Assembly: GCA_963663475.2 (NCBI GenBank)
Contig: CAXXJV010000001.1
Span: forward strand, 2,016,001 to 2,080,000
Direction: 5' to 3'
DNA: 64,000 nt
Source: Candidatus Cloacimonadales bacterium
GTDB taxonomy: Bacteria > Cloacimonadota > Cloacimonadia > Cloacimonadales > JAFGVF01
The notes under the pieces were generated by a model. The model saw nothing but the letters and a program-made list of their open reading frames with translations. It made no database searches and was not told where the DNA came from. The position numbers and the translations under genes were made by a program. Shown piece by piece: positions 41,306 to 51,070 of the stretch (position 1 is its first letter; the number at the start of each line of letters is the position of its first letter).

Positions 41306-41704
41306 ATGAAGAAAATACTAACTTATGGGACTTTTGATTTGTTTCATTATGGTCATCTTAGAATTTTACAAAGGGCTAAGGCTTTAGGAGATTATCTGAT
41401 TGTAGCTGTATCAACTGATGAGTTTAATCATATTAAAAACAAAAAAAGTACTTACCCCTATGCAGAAAGAGCAGCCATAGTTGAAGCAATTAAGTATGTA
41501 GATCAAGTTATTCCAGAGAATGACTGGGAACAGAAAATTGATGATATAATAAAACATAAGATTGATATTATGGTAATGGGAGATGACTGGAGAGGAAAAT
41601 TTGATTATCTCAAAGACTATTGTCAGGTTGTCTATCTAGAAAGAACACCTAATATTTCTTCCACAGAGATAAAAGAAGATATCAGGGGAAATAAAAAAAG
41701 CTGA
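41306..41704 (+). CDS. tagD: Glycerol-3-phosphate cytidylyltransferase
   Basis: TYGTFDLFHYGH, MGDDWRGKFD, RTPNISST. Confidence 0.92.
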   Translation: MKKILTYGTFDLFHYGHLRILQRAKALGDYLIVAVSTDEFNHIKNKKSTYPYAERAAIVEAIKYVDQVIPENDWEQKIDDIIKHKIDIMVMGDDWRGKFDYLKDYCQVVYLERTPNISSTEIKEDIRGNKKS

Positions 41705-42753
41705 TGAACTTTAAGAAAGTACGTTACCTACCAATTTACTGGTTACTTTGGAATAGTAATAAAAAATCTTCTAATAATAAAGTAGTTGATTTCTATTGTG
41801 ATAATCTAACAGATTATATTTGCTTTAAGAAAATATTAAAAAAGTTTCCTAAGATTAGGCTTATTGCTAAAAATCAAGATCTGCAAAAAAAGTTATCAAA
41901 ACTGGGTATTGAATCAAAGCTTTATCCTTCCTATCCTGATGTGGTTATTATGTGTCGTCATTCAACATGGCGCTATCCTTTAAAAAGAATCAAGAAGATA
42001 GGAATGAGGCATGGACCTTATCACTTCAAAGATTTTATTAAATCAGATTATTATAATGAATTTGATCTCTTCATGTTTACTTCTCCAACTGAAGCTAGGC
42101 AAGCTATGGAAAGGGGAATTAATAATGGAGTAGGAGTAGGTTTTCCTAAATTAGATGATGCTTTCGATGGAACTATTAGCCAAGAAAATTTAGATTCCTT
42201 GATTGATAAGCTAAAACTCATGAGAGATAAGGCAACCATTATTTTCTCTGCAACTTGGAGTAAAAGCAATTACTCAGCAATTGATAAATGGTATGATAAA
42301 TTAGGTGATTTAGCAGATAAGTATAATGTACTAGTAACTGTACATGAGTGGACACCTGATAAGATTAAAGAAACAATAAAAAATACTCCTGGGATTAAAT
42401 ACATTGAAGATAAAGAAATTTTACCTTACTTAATGATATCTGATTTAATGATAGGTGATATTTCTTCGATAATAGCCGAGTTTATGGCTCTTAACAAAAA
42501 AGTAATTACTTTTAAAATTCCAGTAGGGGGAAGGATTAGTCAAGAAATAGTTCAGATGTTAGAAGAAACTAGCTATAGAGTTGAAAATTATTCTCAAATG
42601 TGTGCTACTATTGAATATGCCTTAAGTCATGATGATGTGTATAGAGATAAAAGAGCATACTATAATGAGAGAATGTTTGGTAAATTAGATGGTAAAGCCC
42701 ATGCCAGAGCTATAAAAGAAATTAATAAAATTCTTGGGCAATCTAATGACTAA
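41704..42753 (+). CDS. CDP-glycerol:glycerophosphotransferase family (TagB/TagF-like)
   Basis: VGFPKLD, FSATW, SDLMIGDISSIIAEF; adjacent to tagD. Confidence 0.8.
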   Translation: MNFKKVRYLPIYWLLWNSNKKSSNNKVVDFYCDNLTDYICFKKILKKFPKIRLIAKNQDLQKKLSKLGIESKLYPSYPDVVIMCRHSTWRYPLKRIKKIGMRHGPYHFKDFIKSDYYNEFDLFMFTSPTEARQAMERGINNGVGVGFPKLDDAFDGTISQENLDSLIDKLKLMRDKATIIFSATWSKSNYSAIDKWYDKLGDLADKYNVLVTVHEWTPDKIKETIKNTPGIKYIEDKEILPYLMISDLMIGDISSIIAEFMALNKKVITFKIPVGGRISQEIVQMLEETSYRVENYSQMCATIEYALSHDDVYRDKRAYYNERMFGKLDGKAHARAIKEINKILGQSND

Positions 42754-42908
42754 GATAAATTACTTGACTAAGAGACTCATTTCTAAAAATACTATTCTTT
42801 AAAAGTTTATTACTTGCAAGAAAGAACTTTCATGATTGATAGAAGAGAATATCAGCTTCTGAGCTGGAGAAAACTTCATAAAGAAAAACAAAAATAAGGT
42901 TGGATATA

Positions 42909-43856
42909 ATGAAAATAAGTGGATTTTCCTTTGTAAGGAATGGATCAAAACTTTATTATCCAGTAGTAGAATCTATTAAATCAATTCTACCTATATGTGA
43001 TGAATTTGTCATTGCTGTAGGTAAAGGAGATGAGGATGATGATACTAGGGAAAGAATTGCTGCTATTGGCGATCCCAAGATTAGAATTATTGATACTGAA
43101 TGGGAAGAAAAATATTATAAAAAAGGCGTAATTAATGGGATGCAAACAAATATAGCCAAAGAAGAATGCTCTGGTGATTGGCTATTTTATGTTCAAGCTG
43201 ATGAGGTCGTTCATGAAAAATATCTTCCAGTGATTAAAAAGCGTTGTCAAGAATTACTTAATGTTGATGAGGTTGATGGACTTCTCTTTAACTATAAACA
43301 CTTTTGGGGAGATTATAATCATTATCACACAGGCCACGGATGGTATCCACATGAAATAAGAATTATCAAAAATAAAGCAGATATCTATTCATGGCAATCA
43401 GCCCAGTCTTTTAGACGTTATGACTATTATGATAATCCCAGACAAGCAGAAGGAACTCATAAGATAAATGTTGCTAAAGTTGATGCTGAAATCTTCCATT
43501 ATGGTTGGGTTAGACCTCCTCATTTAATGCAAAATAAAAGAAAGGCACTAGATAGTGTTCATTGGGGAAAAGGCAGAGCTCAAGAATATTATGATAAAGC
43601 TCCTAAAGAGTTTGACTATGGTCCTTTAGATCGTTTAGGGACATTTACTGGTAGTCACCCAAAAGTTATGGAAAAGATGATTTCTGATTTTAACTGGTCG
43701 GATAAATTGCAAATGACAGGTAAACCAAATCCTTACCGAGAATTACATAAGCATGAGCTTTTTAAGTATAGGTTGCTTAGCTGGTTAGAGAAATACTTCA
43801 ACAATGGAAAACAGATTGGTGGATTCCGAAATTACAAGCTTCTGAAAAAATATTAA
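42909..43856 (+). CDS. Glycosyltransferase family 2
   Basis: KISGFSFVRNG, WLFYVQADEV, HYGWVRPP. ATG 42909 preferred over TTG 42900. Confidence 0.85.
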   Translation: MKISGFSFVRNGSKLYYPVVESIKSILPICDEFVIAVGKGDEDDDTRERIAAIGDPKIRIIDTEWEEKYYKKGVINGMQTNIAKEECSGDWLFYVQADEVVHEKYLPVIKKRCQELLNVDEVDGLLFNYKHFWGDYNHYHTGHGWYPHEIRIIKNKADIYSWQSAQSFRRYDYYDNPRQAEGTHKINVAKVDAEIFHYGWVRPPHLMQNKRKALDSVHWGKGRAQEYYDKAPKEFDYGPLDRLGTFTGSHPKVMEKMISDFNWSDKLQMTGKPNPYRELHKHELFKYRLLSWLEKYFNNGKQIGGFRNYKLLKKY

Positions 43857-44596
43857 TGATAAGTGTAGCAGTTATAGTAAAGAACGAGGAAAAAAACTTA
43901 CCTAGAATGCTGAAGAGTATTGCTTGGGTTGATGAGATAGTTGTTTTAGATACTGGATCTCAAGATTCAACAATGGAGATAGCTAGACAAGCTTCCTGTA
44001 AAGTTTATCAAAGCCAATGGTTAGGTTTTGGGAAATGCAAACAATTGGCAGTTGATTATTGTACGAATGATTGGATTCTATCGCTTGATGCTGATGAAGT
44101 TGTAACAGCTGAACTAAAAAAGAAAATTCAAGATATTATAAGTAAGGAGTCTAGCTTTGCAGGTTATAGGATTAAAAGAAAGTCTTTTTACTTAAATAAA
44201 CTGATAAATCATTGTGGCTGGAACCATGATTATACTCTTAGATTGTTTAAGAAAGATCAAGGTAGATTCAATACTAAACTTGTCCATGAATCTGTGCAAA
44301 TAGATGGTGAAATAGGCTATATTCAAGAACACTTATTACATTATACATACCCCACAATAAATAGTCATCTTACTAAAATGATGCTTTATTCTGATTTGGC
44401 TGCTACTTCTTTAAAGGCAAAAAACAAAAGAGTAGGGCTATTATCAGCCTACCATAAAGGGGTATGGAAGTTTTGGAAGATGTATCTCTTTCAATTAGGT
44501 TTCCTGGATGGGAAAGTTGGTTTCATTCTTTCTTTAAATTCTGCTATGGGAGTTTTTTGGAAGTATGCAAAAGTCTGGGAGGTTAACCAGAAATGA
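43856..44596 (+). CDS. Glycosyltransferase family 2, KdtX/WaaE-like LPS core glucosyltransferase
   Basis: IVKNEE, LDTGSQDST, WILSLDADE, VHESV, LGFLDG. Confidence 0.88.
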   Translation: MISVAVIVKNEEKNLPRMLKSIAWVDEIVVLDTGSQDSTMEIARQASCKVYQSQWLGFGKCKQLAVDYCTNDWILSLDADEVVTAELKKKIQDIISKESSFAGYRIKRKSFYLNKLINHCGWNHDYTLRLFKKDQGRFNTKLVHESVQIDGEIGYIQEHLLHYTYPTINSHLTKMMLYSDLAATSLKAKNKRVGLLSAYHKGVWKFWKMYLFQLGFLDGKVGFILSLNSAMGVFWKYAKVWEVNQK

Positions 44597-45666
44597 TATT
44601 TCATCTTGATACAGAGACTGAATGGCGGGGAGGACAGCAACAAGCTATATATCTGATTGAAGGGCTACTGAAAGAAGAAATTCCTCTTATGCTAATATGT
44701 AGAAAAGACTCAAAATTATATGATTATGCTCAAAAAAATCAGATTCCCACAGAGACACTAGCATTACGTTCTGAATATGATTTACTATCTGCTCTTGCTT
44801 TGAAAAGATTGATAGTAAAACACAAGGCTAAAGTTTTACATTGCCATAACTCTCATGCTTTAGGTTTAGGGATTTTAACAAAATTCTTTATAAAAATTCC
44901 ACTTGTCGCTTCCAGGAGAGTTGACTTTCCTCTTAAAAAGAACATTTTTTCTCAGTACAAGTACAGAAGTAAGAAGTTAGATAAGTTAATCTGTATTTCA
45001 GATAACATTAGACGAATAGTTAGACAATCCAAGATACCCAAGGACAAAATTATAACTATTAGGTCTGCTATTGATATAACAAAGGCAGATAGATTAGGTC
45101 ATAGGGAAAATGTTGAAAGTGAATTATCTGCTGGCGATTTTATTATCGGTACAGTAGCTGCCCTGACAGGACATAAAGATTATCCAACCTTAATAGAAGC
45201 TGCTGAAATTGTAATTAGAGAGAGAAGTCAGGTTAAGTTTCTTGCTATTGGAGATGGTAAATTAGCTGAAGATTTGCAATTACTAATTGCTAGTAAAGGT
45301 CTTCAGGATAAATTTATATTATTAGGTTACAAAACAAATGTTTATGATTATCTTAAGAGATTTGATATATTTGTGCTAGCTTCAAAACTTGAGGGCTTAG
45401 GAACAAGTGTAATAGATGCTTTAGCTTGTGGAAAAGCTATTGTTGCAACAAAAGCTGGAGGAATTCCTGAAATGATTGTTGATGGTGTCAATGGTTTATT
45501 AGTTGAAAAGCAAAATCCCCAAGCTTTGGCTAAGAGTTTAATTAAGTTAGTAGATGATTCTAATCTAAGAGATAAGCTTAGTAAAGAAGCCAAAGCCTCG
45601 GCAAAACTATTTGATATAACAAAATTAGTGGAAGACCATATCTCTCTCTATAAAAGGTTATCTTAA
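44593..45666 (+). CDS. Glycosyltransferase family 4
   Basis: WRGGQQQ, KDYPTL, EGLGTSVIDA. Confidence 0.9.
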   Translation: MIFHLDTETEWRGGQQQAIYLIEGLLKEEIPLMLICRKDSKLYDYAQKNQIPTETLALRSEYDLLSALALKRLIVKHKAKVLHCHNSHALGLGILTKFFIKIPLVASRRVDFPLKKNIFSQYKYRSKKLDKLICISDNIRRIVRQSKIPKDKIITIRSAIDITKADRLGHRENVESELSAGDFIIGTVAALTGHKDYPTLIEAAEIVIRERSQVKFLAIGDGKLAEDLQLLIASKGLQDKFILLGYKTNVYDYLKRFDIFVLASKLEGLGTSVIDALACGKAIVATKAGGIPEMIVDGVNGLLVEKQNPQALAKSLIKLVDDSNLRDKLSKEAKASAKLFDITKLVEDHISLYKRLS

Positions 45667-45668
45667 GA

Positions 45669-46703
45669 ATGATAAAGAAAATATTAATCGTACAGACTGC
45701 TTTTATAGGTGATGTAATATTGATTACCCCCTTGATTAGAGAAACCAAAAAAATCTTTCCCCAAGCTCAAATTGATGTTTTAGTTGCAAAAGGTAACCAG
45801 ACTATTCTTGAGAATAATCCTTACATAAATCAAATAATAACAAGTGATAAGAAAAGTATTAGTGATTATTTTAAATGCCTTTTTATACTCTTTAGAAATA
45901 AATATGATCTTGCTCTTACCCCTCATAGATCTGCTAGAAGTCTATCCCTGATATTCTTAGCTGGGATTAAGGTGAGAATAGGTTTTAACAGAGATATCTT
46001 TAGGCATCTCCTTACTTGTAAAATGCGACATCCTCAAAAGGTTCATAAAGCAAAGAAAAATCTAGAACTTTTATCTCCCTTTATCTCAGATAAATTTCCT
46101 AAGTTACAAGTTTCTGATTATCCTCTAACTTATGATGATCTTGATTGGTCCTCAGAGTTATTCCCCTCTGAAACAGATTGCCAGGCAAGTAGTCAATACT
46201 TAAAAGCAAAGAAAAATCTTGCTATAGCTCCTGGTTCTGTTTGGAATACTAAAAGATGGAGTAAAGAAAACTATATTAAACTTGTTAAGAAATTATCCAA
46301 GCATGGTTTTAATCTGATTTTTATTGGAAGTAAAGGCGAGAAAGACTTAGCACAGGAAATAATTAATCAAGCAAATATAGAAGCTTATAATACCTGTGGA
46401 GACTTATCAATTCTAGAATCTGCAGGCCTTATTGCCCAGTGCCATGCCCTTATATGTAATGATAGTGGAGCCTTACATATTGGTAATGCAGTTGCTACTC
46501 CCGTCTTTGCTTTCTTCGGACCTACAGTCAAAAGGTTCGGTTACTTCCCCTATAGAGAAAATGATTACTTATTCGAAATAGACTTAGAATGCCGTCCTTG
46601 TGGTATGCATGGTCATAAACAATGCCCTTTAGGACATCATAAGTGTATGAAATTGATTGATGTTGATTTCGTTTTTAAGAAAATATATGATTATTTAGCT
46701 TAG
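45669..46703 (+). CDS. LPS heptosyltransferase, GT9 (WaaF-like)
   Basis: FIGDVIL, APGSVWNTKRW, CNDSGALH, FGPT, CRPC...CPLGHHKCM. Confidence 0.9.
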   Translation: MIKKILIVQTAFIGDVILITPLIRETKKIFPQAQIDVLVAKGNQTILENNPYINQIITSDKKSISDYFKCLFILFRNKYDLALTPHRSARSLSLIFLAGIKVRIGFNRDIFRHLLTCKMRHPQKVHKAKKNLELLSPFISDKFPKLQVSDYPLTYDDLDWSSELFPSETDCQASSQYLKAKKNLAIAPGSVWNTKRWSKENYIKLVKKLSKHGFNLIFIGSKGEKDLAQEIINQANIEAYNTCGDLSILESAGLIAQCHALICNDSGALHIGNAVATPVFAFFGPTVKRFGYFPYRENDYLFEIDLECRPCGMHGHKQCPLGHHKCMKLIDVDFVFKKIYDYLA

Positions 46704-47545
46704 TTTCTAATCCGATAAATAGAAAGTTCATCATCATCTTTTCTATTATCAAGGCCATATTTACAGAAATAGTATCCAGACTGATATTTTTTTAGATTGT
46801 CCTGATAATACTTTTTATTTTTTCTGCTTCCATCATGATTCTCTGGATGATAGAGATGAATTGCATAGTCTTTCCTAAAGGGATAATAACCATGGATACC
46901 TATATTCGCAAGTCTTCTACCTAAATCATCATCTTCATTACCCCAGAAGACAAAGTTTTCATCAAAACCATTTATTTTTACTAAATTCTTTTTGTAAGTT
47001 GCAAAGCAACCACCTCTTAATTTAACACCTCTTTTTCTTAAATGAAGTTTGTTTAGAAAATAATAAAACTGCTCTTTTCTGAATTGTTTTTTTAACTTTA
47101 AAAACTGCTGGGTTGTAATAATATTTTTGTAATCAAAATTTGCTATTTTATCTAAGGAAAGTTGGTCAAGTTGTCTTTGGTTAGTCCTAACAGGAAGACT
47201 TACTAGGAAGTTGTTTTCCTTTAAATTTTTGCTAATAGTCTCAAGATAATTTTGAGAAGTTATAATATCTTGATCTAAAAAGACAATAAGGTCATTACTC
47301 GCTAATCTAATACCGTTATTCTTACAACTAGCTAGTCTAAAACCCTTATCAGCTTGTTGGCAAAAGATTAAAGAGAAATGATAATCATGGGCATTTTGAG
47401 ATACAATTGTTCTAATATCTTCTTGTGAACCATCATCTGTAAGAATAACCTCATCTGGTAATAGTGATTGATTATTCAAAGAAGTCAAGCACTTGAGCAA
47501 ATGACTACTGTTATTATAAACTGAGATGATTACAGTTATTTTCAT
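46700..47545 (-). CDS. Glycosyltransferase family 2
   Basis: TDDGS, FLDQD, INGFDENFVFWGNEDDDLGRR. Confidence 0.9.
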   Translation of the reverse strand: MKITVIISVYNNSSHLLKCLTSLNNQSLLPDEVILTDDGSQEDIRTIVSQNAHDYHFSLIFCQQADKGFRLASCKNNGIRLASNDLIVFLDQDIITSQNYLETISKNLKENNFLVSLPVRTNQRQLDQLSLDKIANFDYKNIITTQQFLKLKKQFRKEQFYYFLNKLHLRKRGVKLRGGCFATYKKNLVKINGFDENFVFWGNEDDDLGRRLANIGIHGYYPFRKDYAIHLYHPENHDGSRKNKKYYQDNLKKYQSGYYFCKYGLDNRKDDDELSIYRIRN

Positions 47546-47547
47546 GC

Positions 47548-48153
47548 TTATCCCTTTGTATTATAAGGTATTTCAATATCAGTTAACCGAGAATTACTTG
47601 GATCTAAGGCCCAATCCCAATTCTTAACAGGTATTCTCCAGTTTTCTCCATACTTGGTGATGATGTATTTTTCAGGATTCTCGGGTACAGAAACCCTAAT
47701 ACCTTGGAAGATAGATTGACTTAGCGAGAAAGAATCATAATAATACTTAATCATACGTCTGTATCTTTTACCATCTTTTTTAAAACCTTGCCAAGCAGCA
47801 TGCCAAAGTTTATCTCCTTCTTTATAGAAGAAAAAGAGGTCTATTTTATGCTGGTCTCTACTCAAGGTGAGTTCAAGCCCTAAATCTCTGAAACCTAGTT
47901 TTCTTACTAATTTCCAACCTTTATCTTCAAGGTGTACTAGTAAATCTGGTTTATAATCATCAATAAAGACGCCTAGATCCATATCCATATCATGTCCAAT
48001 AAAATCTTTTTCTCTATAATATCCTAATAGGGTTCCATCGGTTAACCAAGCTTGAATATTTTCCTGTTCAAGATCATGTAACATTTTTTCAAGAACTTTA
48101 ATTGCTATTGTTTTATCGAATATTGCTTTCTTACTTTTTTTAAATATGGACAT
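47548..48153 (-). CDS. LicD/fukutin-family phosphotransferase
   Basis: WLTDGTLLGYYRE.DFIGHDMDMDLG, IDLFFF, YGENWRIP. Confidence 0.88.
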   Translation of the reverse strand: MSIFKKSKKAIFDKTIAIKVLEKMLHDLEQENIQAWLTDGTLLGYYREKDFIGHDMDMDLGVFIDDYKPDLLVHLEDKGWKLVRKLGFRDLGLELTLSRDQHKIDLFFFYKEGDKLWHAAWQGFKKDGKRYRRMIKYYYDSFSLSQSIFQGIRVSVPENPEKYIITKYGENWRIPVKNWDWALDPSNSRLTDIEIPYNTKG

Positions 48154-48294
48154 ATTTTTTTCCTCATGATTTAATTATTTACCTAATAATATTGGTCCTT
48201 GAGCAGGTCAAGTAATTTTCATTCTTGCTAAGTAAGAGAAAGGTATTCTACAAAATTGTTGACATAAGCCTTGCAGGAGAAATAACTGTTATAA

Positions 48295-48360
48295 AGCCAA
48301 TAAGGCAGTAAATCTTTGAGTATATACAGTCACCTCTAAAGGTCTACTGCACCATTGGGA
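48295..48360 (+). mobile_element. Short MITE-like element with both ends
   Basis: AGCCAATAAGGCAGTAAATCTTTG...AAAGGTCTACTGCACCATTGGGA; internal TATACAGTCA is shared with the copy at 20047. Confidence 0.7.
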
Positions 48361-48429
48361 TAAAAAATGAAAAGGAATCTTGATAATGAGGCAATTAGCC
48401 TACAAGTATTTTCAAGGTGTCAAGTAGAT

Positions 48430-49173
48430 ATGTCAGAATTAATAGATATTCATTGTCATTTATATCAGGTTAATAAGCAAAGCTTAGATATAAGTAGCTA
48501 CCAGACTAATCCTAATATTATAGCTGTTTCTACTGCTTTAAATCAAGTAGAGATTAACTGGCATCTTGAGCAGAAGATAAAGTATTGGTTTGCAGGTCTT
48601 CATCCTCAAGAATGGTCTTTAACAGAAGATAAAATAAAAGAGTTTCTTGATAATCTTCCTTATGAAAAGCTTGTGGGAATTGGCGAAATTGGACTTGATA
48701 AAAGATATAAGAATTTAAAGAAACAGATTAATCTCCTTGCTAAGCAAATGCAAATATCTTTAGAAAGGAGACTGCCAAGTCTTTACCATTTAGTGGGTCA
48801 TGAGTATGAATTTATTAAAGTACATAAAGAAATGAAGCTAGATAAGATGAAGATATTACATGGTTTTCATTCATCATTTGAAGTATATAAAGAGTTGGAT
48901 AAATTAGGTTTTTATTTCTCTTTAAGTGAAAGGATTCTCTCTAATTCCAAACATAAAACTACAATAAATGAGATTATTAAGAGTAGAAGATATTTTTTAG
49001 AAAGTGATGCAGCAGATGGTGGATCTCTAATGCAGGTAAAAATAATTGCAAATCAGCTAGAAAGTACTTATAATATAAATAAAGAAGAGATTATGCAAGT
49101 TTCAATTATTAACTTTAGAAAACTTGTAAAGGAGACTAGTGAATCAATATCAGAGATCAAGTTTAATAATTAA
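48430..49173 (+). CDS. TatD-family hydrolase
   Basis: IDIHCH, GLHP, GIGEIGLD, ILHGF, LESD. Start at 48430 preferred (ORF track start 48367). Confidence 0.85.
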   Translation: MSELIDIHCHLYQVNKQSLDISSYQTNPNIIAVSTALNQVEINWHLEQKIKYWFAGLHPQEWSLTEDKIKEFLDNLPYEKLVGIGEIGLDKRYKNLKKQINLLAKQMQISLERRLPSLYHLVGHEYEFIKVHKEMKLDKMKILHGFHSSFEVYKELDKLGFYFSLSERILSNSKHKTTINEIIKSRRYFLESDAADGGSLMQVKIIANQLESTYNINKEEIMQVSIINFRKLVKETSESISEIKFNN

Positions 49174-49873
49174 CGAAGAATCCCTCTTAAGTTTTCAAGA
49201 CAAGACAATACTAGTGGTGGGATTAGGAGGAGTTGGAGGCTATGCAGTTGAGGGATTAGCTAGGGCTGGATTTAAGAAGTTTATTCTAGTAGATTTCGAT
49301 AGTATCAGCCTTAGTAATATTAATCGACAGATTATAGCACTTCATAGCACTATTGGAAGATTAAAGAGTGAAGTCTTTAAGGAAAGAGTACTTGATATTA
49401 ATCCTAATTCAAATGTAGAGATAGTTACAGGTTTCTTTGATGAAGAATTAAGGAGTAAGCTTTTAGATAGGGCGGATTATGTAGTCGATGCAATAGATAG
49501 TTTAGGTCCTAAAGTTGGTCTATTAGAAGATTGTTACAATAAGCAGATAAAGGTAATTTCTAGTATGGGAGCAGGAAATAGATTAGATCCTAGTAAGATA
49601 AAGATTGCAGATTTATCTAAGAGTAAAAATTGTACTTTAGCTTCTCGGGTCAGAAAGTACTTACGGAAGCGAGGAATTACCAAAGGAATTCCAGTTGTTT
49701 ATTCAGATGAGTTACCAATAAAAGATTATCTTAAAGAGGGAAGAGGAAAGGCTCAAGAGACAAACACCAGAGGAAGAGATAGGACATTAGTTGGTTCAAT
49801 CTCTTATTACCCTGCTATCATGGGCATGATGATGGCTTCCCATGTAATCAGATATTATATTGAAGAGAGATAG
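49139..49873 (+). CDS. tcdA: tRNA threonylcarbamoyladenosine dehydratase (ThiF/E1-like)
   Basis: VGLGGVGG, SNINRQ, VVDAIDS, SSMGAG, PVVYSDE. Confidence 0.9.
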   Translation: MNQYQRSSLIINEESLLSFQDKTILVVGLGGVGGYAVEGLARAGFKKFILVDFDSISLSNINRQIIALHSTIGRLKSEVFKERVLDINPNSNVEIVTGFFDEELRSKLLDRADYVVDAIDSLGPKVGLLEDCYNKQIKVISSMGAGNRLDPSKIKIADLSKSKNCTLASRVRKYLRKRGITKGIPVVYSDELPIKDYLKEGRGKAQETNTRGRDRTLVGSISYYPAIMGMMMASHVIRYYIEER

Positions 49874-49876
49874 ATT

Positions 49877-51067
49877 ATGCGAGAAGTTGACCTGTATTCA
49901 ATCTGGGCTAAGCAAAGTTTAAACCATGATTTGTATACAACTTCAGGTCAAGCAGTACGGGTTATTTATCCTGGAAATCTCAACACAGATAGGGGGGCAG
50001 ATTTTAAAGATGCTTTCTTGAGAATTGGTAATGAAGAATTTCATGGTGATGTAGAAATTCATGTAAAAAAAGGTGATTGGCTTCAACATAAACATCAAGT
50101 GGATCCAGAATATAATAAGGTTATCCTGCATTTAATTTGGGAAAATGATAATAGTCAGATTTTTACACAAGCTAAAAGAGAGATTCCCACAGTTTTATTG
50201 TCAGAATTTTTTCTTCCTAATCCAGAAGTTGAAGCAAAGCTAGCCTACAATTGCCATTTTTTTAGTGGCTTAGATAAGCTACAGTTAAACTATTTACTTT
50301 TTAGTTATGGTCGTAACAGACTAAGGGAGAAAGCTGATCATATCAGGCAAGCATCTTATCTTGAACCTTATGAAGATACTATTTATAGGGTAATTGCAGA
50401 GTCTTTAGGATCTCCTAATAACAAACTTGGCATGAAGTTGCTTGCTGAGAGAATAAAAAAAAGAGATTTACAGGCAATAAGCAAAGCAAAGTTAGAATCT
50501 TATATTGAAAAGATTATCAAAGAGATTGGCCTAGGTCCTGGGCAGGTAGGAGTAAAGGAAGTTTGGCAAAAGTTTAGAGTTAGACCAGCATCACAGCCAA
50601 TTAAAAGAGTCAGAGAGTTTATTAACATTAGGTGGTCTTTAAGGAATGATAACCTTGCCATTATTTTATGGGAGATTTATCTTAAATCAAATAGTATTAA
50701 AGAAGTTTTATTGGGGATAGATGAAATATTAAACAAGAACTTGCCTGCTAGCAAACTTGGTCAGCAGATTATCAGAATAATAACCTATAATTCTATCTTA
50801 CCTTTTTTATATTCCATGATTTATACATCTCAAGATAAAAAAAATCTTGCCAAAATTGACCACTATATAAAAGAATTTCCTAGGATAGGTAATAATCGAG
50901 TTATAAATACATTTATGAGCAAGATAAGTGCTTATCAGAGTAAAAACTTGATTTGTAGAGAAGTCTATTATCAAGGACTTTATTACTTAATGAATAATTA
51001 TTGTCGGAGGCATGATTGCCAATTATGTCATCAAGAGAAAGAAGAATACTTAACAATAAGAGAATAA
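49877..51067 (+). CDS. DUF2851 family protein
   Basis: GADF, GDVEIH, DWLQHKHQVDPEYNKVILH, FRVRPA, C-terminal C...C..C. Confidence 0.85.
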   Translation: MREVDLYSIWAKQSLNHDLYTTSGQAVRVIYPGNLNTDRGADFKDAFLRIGNEEFHGDVEIHVKKGDWLQHKHQVDPEYNKVILHLIWENDNSQIFTQAKREIPTVLLSEFFLPNPEVEAKLAYNCHFFSGLDKLQLNYLLFSYGRNRLREKADHIRQASYLEPYEDTIYRVIAESLGSPNNKLGMKLLAERIKKRDLQAISKAKLESYIEKIIKEIGLGPGQVGVKEVWQKFRVRPASQPIKRVREFINIRWSLRNDNLAIILWEIYLKSNSIKEVLLGIDEILNKNLPASKLGQQIIRIITYNSILPFLYSMIYTSQDKKNLAKIDHYIKEFPRIGNNRVINTFMSKISAYQSKNLICREVYYQGLYYLMNNYCRRHDCQLCHQEKEEYLTIRE

Positions 51068-51070
51068 TCA

